From NCBI GenBank assembly GCA_963700145.1, contig OY969474.1, positions 2,816,001-2,880,000 on the forward strand: a DNA stretch of 64,000 nucleotides, read 5' to 3'. How positions within the stretch are numbered: the stretch's first letter is position 1; the number at the start of each line of letters is the position of its first letter. Shown piece by piece: positions 58,265 through 64,000 of this stretch. The position numbers and the translations under genes were made by a program. The notes under the pieces are model-generated. The model was not told the DNA's origin. It was given only the letters and a program-made list of their open reading frames with translations, and did no database searches. This DNA comes from an uncultured Acidobacteriota bacterium (GTDB taxonomy: Bacteria > Acidobacteriota > Thermoanaerobaculia > Multivoradales > UBA5704).

Positions 58265-59839
58265 CTACAGTGGAATGTTGCCGTGCTTCTTGGGCGGCAG
58301 GCTGGCGCGCTTGCTGCCGAGTTGGTGCAGCGCGCGGATGACCATCGGCCGCGTCTCGCGCGGCTCGATGACGGCGTCGAGGAAGCCGCGCTCGGCGGCG
58401 ATGTAGGGGTTCGAGAACTTGGCGCGGTACTCGGCGACCTTCTGCTGGCGCAGCGCCGGGGCGCCGGCGCCGGCGGCGTCGAGCTCGCGCTTGTAGAGGA
58501 CGTTGACCGCGCCCTCCGGGCCCATGACGGCGATCTCGGCCGTCGGGTAGGCGTAGTTGACGTCGGTGCGCAGGTGCTTCGAGGCCATGACGCAGTAGGC
58601 GCCGCCGTAGGCTTTGCGGGTGATGACGGTGATCTTCGGCACCGTCGCCTCGGCGTAGGCGTAGAGGAGCTTGGCGCCGTGCTTGATGATGCCGCCGAAC
58701 TCCTGCTGCGTGCCGGGCAAAAAGCCGGGGACGTCCTCGAAGGTGACGAGCGGGATGTTGAAGGCGTCGCAGAAGCGGACGAAGCGGGCGCCCTTGAGCG
58801 AGGCGTCGATGTCGAGGACGCCGGCCAAGTACGCGGGCTGGTTGGCGACGACGCCGACGCTGCGGTTGCCCAGCCGCGCGAAGCCGACGACGATGTTCTT
58901 GGCGTACCGCGCGTGAACCTCGAGGAACTTGCCGTCGTCGACGACCAGGGCGAGGAGCTGTTTGATGTCGTAGGGCTTGTTGGGGTCTTCGGGGACCAGG
59001 CTGTTGAGCCGCTCGTCGGCGCGGTCGGGGTCGTCCTCGCTGTGGCCGGCCGGCGGCTCGTCGAGGTTGTTGCTCGGCAGGTACGAGAGGAGGTCGCGGA
59101 CCGCCGCCAGGCAGGCGGCGTCGTTGGGCTCGGTGAAGTGGCAGACGCCGCTCTTGGTGGCGTGGGTCGAGGCGCCGCCCAGCTCTTCCTTGGAGACCTC
59201 TTCGTGGGTGACGGTCTTGATGACGTCGGGGCCGGTCACGAACATGTAGCTCGTGCCTTCGACCATGAAGACGAAGTCGGTGATGGCGGGCGAGTAGACG
59301 GCGCCGCCGGCGCAGGGGCCCATGATGGCGCTGATCTGGGGCACGACGCCGGAGGCCAGGGTGTTGCGCAGGAAGATGTCGGCGTAGCCGCCCAGGGAGG
59401 CGACGCCTTCCTGGATGCGGGCGCCGCCGGAGTCGTTGAGGCCGATGACGGGGGCGCCGTTCTCGACGGCGAGGTCCATGAGCTTGCAGATTTTCTGGGC
59501 GTTGGTTTCGGACAGGGAGCCGCCGAAGACGGTGAAGTCCTGGGCGAAGACGTAGACGAGGCGGCCGGCGACGGTGCCGTAGCCGCCGACGACGCCGTCG
59601 CCGGGGACGCGTTTGCCGTCCATGCCGAAGTCGCGGCAGCGGTGGGTGACGAGGGCGTCGATTTCTACGAAGGAGGCGGGGTCTAGGAGGAGCTCGACGC
59701 GCTCGCGGGCGGTGAGTTTGCCGGCTTCGTGCTGGCGGGCTACGCGGTCGGTGCCGCCGCCTTCGGTGGAGGCGCGCATGCGCGCTTGCAGCTCGGCAAG
59801 GGCCTGTTGCTGCGCGCTGATGGTGGGGGACGAAGACAT
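58265..59839 (-). CDS. pccB: Acyl-CoA (propionyl/methylmalonyl-CoA) carboxylase beta subunit
   Basis: [34 protein letters not shown]. Confidence 0.93.
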   Translation of the reverse strand: MSSSPTISAQQQALAELQARMRASTEGGGTDRVARQHEAGKLTARERVELLLDPASFVEIDALVTHRCRDFGMDGKRVPGDGVVGGYGTVAGRLVYVFAQDFTVFGGSLSETNAQKICKLMDLAVENGAPVIGLNDSGGARIQEGVASLGGYADIFLRNTLASGVVPQISAIMGPCAGGAVYSPAITDFVFMVEGTSYMFVTGPDVIKTVTHEEVSKEELGGASTHATKSGVCHFTEPNDAACLAAVRDLLSYLPSNNLDEPPAGHSEDDPDRADERLNSLVPEDPNKPYDIKQLLALVVDDGKFLEVHARYAKNIVVGFARLGNRSVGVVANQPAYLAGVLDIDASLKGARFVRFCDAFNIPLVTFEDVPGFLPGTQQEFGGIIKHGAKLLYAYAEATVPKITVITRKAYGGAYCVMASKHLRTDVNYAYPTAEIAVMGPEGAVNVLYKRELDAAGAGAPALRQQKVAEYRAKFSNPYIAAERGFLDAVIEPRETRPMVIRALHQLGSKRASLPPKKHGNIPL

Positions 59840-59891
59840 GAGATGAGGGGCGATCTTACCTTAGGGGTGTTCGGGGGTTGGGGAAAGGGGA

Positions 59892-60045
59892 CCGTTCGGG
59901 GGGACTCGCCCGGGGACCGGCGCGCGCTTTGAAGACTGCCGAGGGTGGCGCGCGCCTGCGCTCCGCTGCGCGCGGGGTCGCTGGGGGACTGCGGTGGGGT
60001 TGCCGGCGCTTGCGGAGAGCTCCCCGGGCGAGTCCCCCCGAACGG
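59892..60045. repeat. MITE-like element with 25-bp perfect terminal inverted repeats
   Basis: CCGTTCGGGGGGACTCGCCCGGGGA (59892-59916) and its reverse complement at 60021-60045. Confidence 0.75.
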
Positions 60046-60085
60046 CCCCCTGGCACCGTCGGTGGTGGGGAGGAGGGGCCCCCCG

Positions 60086-60168
60086 CCCAGATCCTTCGCT
60101 GCGCTCAGGATGACAAGGCAGGGGTACACCGCTTCGCACGTCATCCTGAGCGCAGCGAAGGATCTGGG
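60086..60168. repeat. REP-like inverted pair
   Basis: CCCAGATCCTTCGCTGCGCTCAGGATGAC (60086-60114) and GTCATCCTGAGCGCAGCGAAGGATCTGGG (60140-60168), a 29-bp perfect inverted repeat. Confidence 0.85.
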
Positions 60169-60195
60169 GGCGGAAAGATAGCCGACTAGAATCCG

Positions 60196-61506
60196 ATGGT
60201 GCCCTTCTCCCACGTAGACACCGCCGCCGTAGCCCGCCTGCTGTCGCAGCTCGCGGAGCGGGAGGAGGACATCGCGGACGCATTTTTCGAGCGGGTGGAG
60301 GAGGTGGAGGTGGCGCCTGAGGGCGAGGCGCCGCGGGTTCGGGTGCGGCGGGAGGAGGGGTTTGCGGTGCGGCTGGTGCGGGAGGGGCGGACTTGGCTGG
60401 CGGCGCGGGACGAGCTGGCGCCGCGGGCGTTTGCGGAGGCGCTGCGGCAGGTGGCGCGGGCGTTGGCGCCAGCCTCTTATCCGGAGCCGGCGCTCTCGGG
60501 GGTGCCACCGGGGGCGGCGGGGGCGCTGGAGCTGCTGGAGCTGCCGGGGGCGGTGGAGCGGGCGGTGCGGGCGGAGCACGTGGGGTTTCCGCTGCGGGTC
60601 GGGGTGCGGCGGCACCGGCGGTGGGTGCAGGTGGTGGGGCCGCGGCTGGTGCCGGCGGCGGAGAGCGAGACGTTTTACAGCGCCGTCGTCGAGACGCCGT
60701 GGGGGCGGCACGGGGCGCTGCTGCCGGAGCTGGGGGTCGCGGCGGCGGCGGGGCTCGCGGCGGCGGCGGTGGCGCTCTTCCGCGCCCGCGAGGCGCCGCC
60801 GCCGGCACCGGACCGGATGACCGCCGTGCTCGGGCCCGGCGCCGCGGCGGTGCTTCTCCACGAGGCGGTGGCGCACGCTCTCGAGAGCGACACGCTGGCG
60901 CTCGGCGGCCCGGTCGAGGCGGCGGTGGGGGTGGCGCTCGCGGCGCCGGCGCTCGACGTCCTCGACGACCCGTCCGCGGCGCCGCCCGGCGTGCGGCGGA
61001 CGACCGACGACGAGGGGATGCCGGTCTGCCGGCGGTGGCTGCTGCGCGGGGGGATCGTCGAGCAGCCGCTCGCGGACGCCCTCGCCGCCCGTGCCTCGCC
61101 GGCCCTGGTGCCGGGCGCGGCGCGGCGCGGCAGCCGGCACCTGCCGCCCGGCCCGCGCTCGCACCACCTGGAGCTCCTCCCCGGCACGCTCGACGACGCC
61201 GCGCTCCTGGCCGGCGCCGAGGGCGGGCTCTACGTCGCCGAGGCGGTGCGCGGCGCGCTTGACGCGCTCTCCGGCGAGTTCCGCCTCGAGGTGGCGGCGG
61301 CGCGGCGCATCCGCCGGGGCGCCCTCGCCGAGCCGGTCGGCGCGTTCACCCTCGCCGGCCGCGTCGCCGACCTCCTGGCGCGGGTCTCCGGCGTCGGCGC
61401 CCGGGCGGTGCCCGCAGGCGCCGGCTGGTGCGCCAAGGGAGGCGCGAAGCTCCCGGTCTGGGCGACGACGCCGGCGCTGCGGCTCGACGGCGTTGACGTG
61501 GCGTAG
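60196..61506 (+). CDS. tldD: TldD-family metalloprotease subunit
   Basis: LLHEAVAHALE HExxxH motif, DDEG, C-terminal WCAKGG Cys. Confidence 0.85.
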   Translation: MVPFSHVDTAAVARLLSQLAEREEDIADAFFERVEEVEVAPEGEAPRVRVRREEGFAVRLVREGRTWLAARDELAPRAFAEALRQVARALAPASYPEPALSGVPPGAAGALELLELPGAVERAVRAEHVGFPLRVGVRRHRRWVQVVGPRLVPAAESETFYSAVVETPWGRHGALLPELGVAAAAGLAAAAVALFRAREAPPPAPDRMTAVLGPGAAAVLLHEAVAHALESDTLALGGPVEAAVGVALAAPALDVLDDPSAAPPGVRRTTDDEGMPVCRRWLLRGGIVEQPLADALAARASPALVPGAARRGSRHLPPGPRSHHLELLPGTLDDAALLAGAEGGLYVAEAVRGALDALSGEFRLEVAAARRIRRGALAEPVGAFTLAGRVADLLARVSGVGARAVPAGAGWCAKGGAKLPVWATTPALRLDGVDVA

Positions 61507-61553
61507 GCTGGTATCCTTGCGTCGAGCAAGGAATCGCAAGTGAGGTAAGGAAA

Positions 61554-61793
61554 ATGGCAGCCAGCACGCTCACGAGCAAGGGCCAGCTCACCATGCCCAA
61601 AGCGATCCGGGAGCGCCTGGGTCTGCGCGAGGGAGACAGAGTGGAGTTCCGGGTGACGGAGAACGGCCAGGTGCTGGTCGAGGCCGTCACCGTCGACCTG
61701 CGTGAGTTGCGGGGAGCCCTCAAGACCCAGGGCCGGCCGGTGTCGGTCGAGGAGATGGAGGAGGCGGTGCGGAGCGCAGGGACGCGCTTGTGA
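61554..61793 (+). CDS. vapB: AbrB/MazE-type antitoxin
   Basis: TLTSKGQLTMPKAIRERLGLREGDRVEF. Confidence 0.9.
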   Translation: MAASTLTSKGQLTMPKAIRERLGLREGDRVEFRVTENGQVLVEAVTVDLRELRGALKTQGRPVSVEEMEEAVRSAGTRL

Positions 61794-62185
61794 TCGGCCT
61801 CGACACCAACGTCCTCGTTCGCTACCTCGTCGAGGATGACCCCGATCAGGCGCCGCGCGCCGCGGCGCTCATTGAGCAAGCCTCCGAGGCGGGCGAGCGC
61901 CTGTTCGTGCCGCAGATCGTACTGTGCGAGATCGTGTGGGTCCTGGAGAGCGCCTTCCGCTTCCCGCCAGAAAAAATCGTCTCGGTCCTCGCCGCCCTCC
62001 TGCGCTCCCGCCAGCTCGTCATCGAAGACGTCGGCACGTCGCGGCTTGCCCTCGAGCGCTACGCGGCGCGCGGCGGTGATTTCGCGGACTACCTCATCAT
62101 CGAGCGCTGCCGCGCCGCAGGCTGCGAACGCGTGGCCTCCTTCGATGGAGGACTGGCCTCGGAGGAGGGCGTCTTCGCGCCTTGA
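61790..62185 (+). CDS. vapC: PIN-domain toxin
   Basis: GLDTNVLVRYL, E...WVL, DFADYLI, SFD. Confidence 0.92.
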   Translation: MIGLDTNVLVRYLVEDDPDQAPRAAALIEQASEAGERLFVPQIVLCEIVWVLESAFRFPPEKIVSVLAALLRSRQLVIEDVGTSRLALERYAARGGDFADYLIIERCRAAGCERVASFDGGLASEEGVFAP

Positions 62186-62198
62186 GCGCCGGCGATCC

Positions 62199-63506
62199 GT
62201 GCAGTCCCTTCTCGACGAAGTGCTGGTCGCGCTCACCCGCCAGGGCCTGACGCGCGCCGAGATCTACGCCAAGCGCGGGCGCTCGCGGCGGCTGGAGCTG
62301 GGGCCCGGCGGCGAGATTGCGAGCTTCCACGAGGAGCGCGGCTGGGCGGTGCGCGCCGGCACCGGGCGCGGCGCCTTCTTCACCGCCGCGACCGGCGAGC
62401 CCGACCCCGGCGCCACCTGGCCGGCGATCGACGGCCCGGCGTTGGAGCTGCCGGAGGCGGCGGCGCCGGCGCCGTGGAGCGAGCCGTCCGACTTCGAGAC
62501 GCCGCTGGTCGGCGAGAGCGAGGGGCTGCGCCTCCTCGCCGGCCTGGCGCGCGAGCTGGAGAGTGAGCTGCCCGGCGCGCGGCTCCTCACCGCCGTCCTG
62601 GAGGACGGCTCCAGCGAGGCCGAGCTGGCCAGCTCGCGCGGCGTGCGGGCGCGGGTGCGCGGGCGGGTGGCGGCGCTGCGGCTGGAGGCGGCGCTGCCCG
62701 CCCGCGGCACGGCGCGGGACGGGGCACGCGCCAGCGTCTACCTCGCGGCGCGGGAGGCGCGCCGCTTCGCCCCGAGCGCGCTCGCCCGGCGGCTCGCCGA
62801 CGCCCTCTCGGTGCGCGCCGGCGGCGCTCCCCCGCCGCCCGAGAGCGGCGGCGAGCTGCTGCTGGCGCCGGCGGTCGGGGCGCGCCTCCTGGCCGCGCTC
62901 CTGCCGCTCTTCGTCGGGCCGGAGGCGCCGGCGCGCACCGCGGCGCTGCGCGACCGCCAGGGGCGGCTCGGCTCGGCCGCGCTGACGCTGATCGACGACG
63001 GGCGCCTGCCGGGCGGGGTCTTCGAGGCGGCGGTGGACGGCGAGGGAGTGCCCTGCCGCGCGGCGACGCTGGTCGAGCGCGGCGTCTTCCGCGGCCCGCT
63101 CCTCGCCTGGCGTCAGGCGCGCGGCGGCGAGGGCGCCGCCGGTTGCAGCCGCCGTCCGAGCTGGCGCGACCTGCCGGCCCCCGGCCCGACCCACCTCTAC
63201 CTCCAGCCCGACCCGAAGCTCGCGGTGGCGGCGCTCCTCGGCGGCATCGACCGCGGCGCCTACCTGATCGAGCCGACCGGCGCGCCGCGCATCGACTGGG
63301 CCGGCGGCCGCTTCGCCCTGCCGGTCTGCGGCCTGGCGGTGGCCGGCGGGCGGGCCGAGGCGCCGCTCGCCGGAGCGTGGCTCTCGGGCGAGATCGGCGC
63401 GCTCCTCCAGGGGGTACGCGCCGCGGCGCGGGACCTCACCTTCTTCCCCTTCGACGGCATGCTCGGCGCGCCGACGCTCCTGGTGACCGGGCTGGAGCTG
63501 CGGTAG
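62199..63506 (+). CDS. pmbA: PmbA/TldE-family subunit
   Basis: GTG start at 62199; AEIY, DDGRLPGG...DGEG, APTLLV; lacks HExxH. Confidence 0.8.
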   Translation: MQSLLDEVLVALTRQGLTRAEIYAKRGRSRRLELGPGGEIASFHEERGWAVRAGTGRGAFFTAATGEPDPGATWPAIDGPALELPEAAAPAPWSEPSDFETPLVGESEGLRLLAGLARELESELPGARLLTAVLEDGSSEAELASSRGVRARVRGRVAALRLEAALPARGTARDGARASVYLAAREARRFAPSALARRLADALSVRAGGAPPPPESGGELLLAPAVGARLLAALLPLFVGPEAPARTAALRDRQGRLGSAALTLIDDGRLPGGVFEAAVDGEGVPCRAATLVERGVFRGPLLAWRQARGGEGAAGCSRRPSWRDLPAPGPTHLYLQPDPKLAVAALLGGIDRGAYLIEPTGAPRIDWAGGRFALPVCGLAVAGGRAEAPLAGAWLSGEIGALLQGVRAAARDLTFFPFDGMLGAPTLLVTGLELR

Positions 63507-63930
63507 TCCCCGCCGGGCCCGCGGCAGTCCCCGCCGGTCCCGCGGTAGTCGCCGCCGAGCCCGCGGTGATCGCCGCCGTCCGAAAAGAGACCGCCGCGGT
63601 CCGAAAAGCGTACGCCGCCGGCCTCGCGGTGTTCGCCGCCAAGCCCGCGGCGATCGCCGCCGTCCGAAAAGAGACCGCCGCGGTCCGAAAGGCGACCACC
63701 TCCGTCCGAAAGGTGACCGCCGCCAGCCCCGCGGCGCTCGCCGCCAAGCCCGCGGCGATCGCCGCCGTCCGAAAGGCGTACGCCGCGGTCCGAAAGGCGA
63801 CCACCTCCGTCCGAAAGGTAACCGCCGCCAGCCCTGCGGCGATCACCGCCGAGCCCGCGGCGCTCGCCGACGTCCGAAAGGCGCACGCCGCGGTCCGAAA
63901 GGCGACCACCTCCGTCCGAAAAGGCGACCG
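63500..63930. repeat. 21-bp tandem array with about 105-bp higher-order period
   Basis: CCGAAAGGCGACCACCTCCGT-type and GCCCGCGGCGATCGCCGCCGT-type monomers alternating in 3+2 blocks. Confidence 0.85.
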
Positions 63931-64000
63931 CGGCCGGTCCCGCGGCGGGCTCTCCCTCCCCGGCGGGCTCAAACCGCTCGGATCACCAGCCTCCCGGAGC

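Noticed and set aside
60196-63506. RiPP (microcin-type) cluster around tldD/pmbA
   Set aside because: No precursor peptide, YcaO or other modifying enzyme is adjacent; tldD/pmbA are commonly housekeeping.
63500-63930. Possible CRISPR array
   Set aside because: Tandem monomers with no unique spacers; no cas genes.

Overview
High-GC bacterial window; gene content and style suggest Acidobacteriota (Thermoanaerobaculia-like), which is an inference. Layout: (1) 1-4.7 kb, a lower-GC operon encoding TIR-TM-TPR, a secreted FecR-like/TPR protein and a secreted TPR protein that probably continues into a CHAT domain, joined to a hicB/truncated hicA remnant and an orphan contractile-injection hub/spike pair. 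(2) About 7-35 kb, a heavy-metal region with a DtxR-controlled 2-domain multicopper oxidase-ZIP-cupredoxin unit, a cop-like operon, a CzcCBA-like RND pump, a third multicopper oxidase and a MerT-like/outer-membrane/HMA operon. (3) 35-64 kb, mostly core genes (glgP, ruvC, yebC, accD, folC, glyA, acyl-CoA carboxylase beta, tldD/pmbA), interrupted by several toxin-antitoxin cassettes, a low-GC island (ComA-like, HEAT repeat, PfkB-like/AAA gene split by a complete IS256) and 21-bp tandem arrays. Two signals not captured by the ORF track stand out. First, two genes carry an in-frame UGA followed by a SECIS-like hairpin whose loop starts at +18: an exported HMA/MerP-like protein with GMD-U-AVC, and a PQQ-like beta-propeller with FDTGG-U. 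Second, each of the three metal resistance/transport operons has no adjacent transcription factor and starts with an apparently leaderless ~120-aa exported Cys/His-rich leader ORF whose stop codon sits at the base of a hairpin that can sequester the next gene's Shine-Dalgarno sequence, suggesting CruR/CutF-like translational metal sensing with different C-terminal motifs. All functional calls come from reading motifs by eye; no database searches were run.
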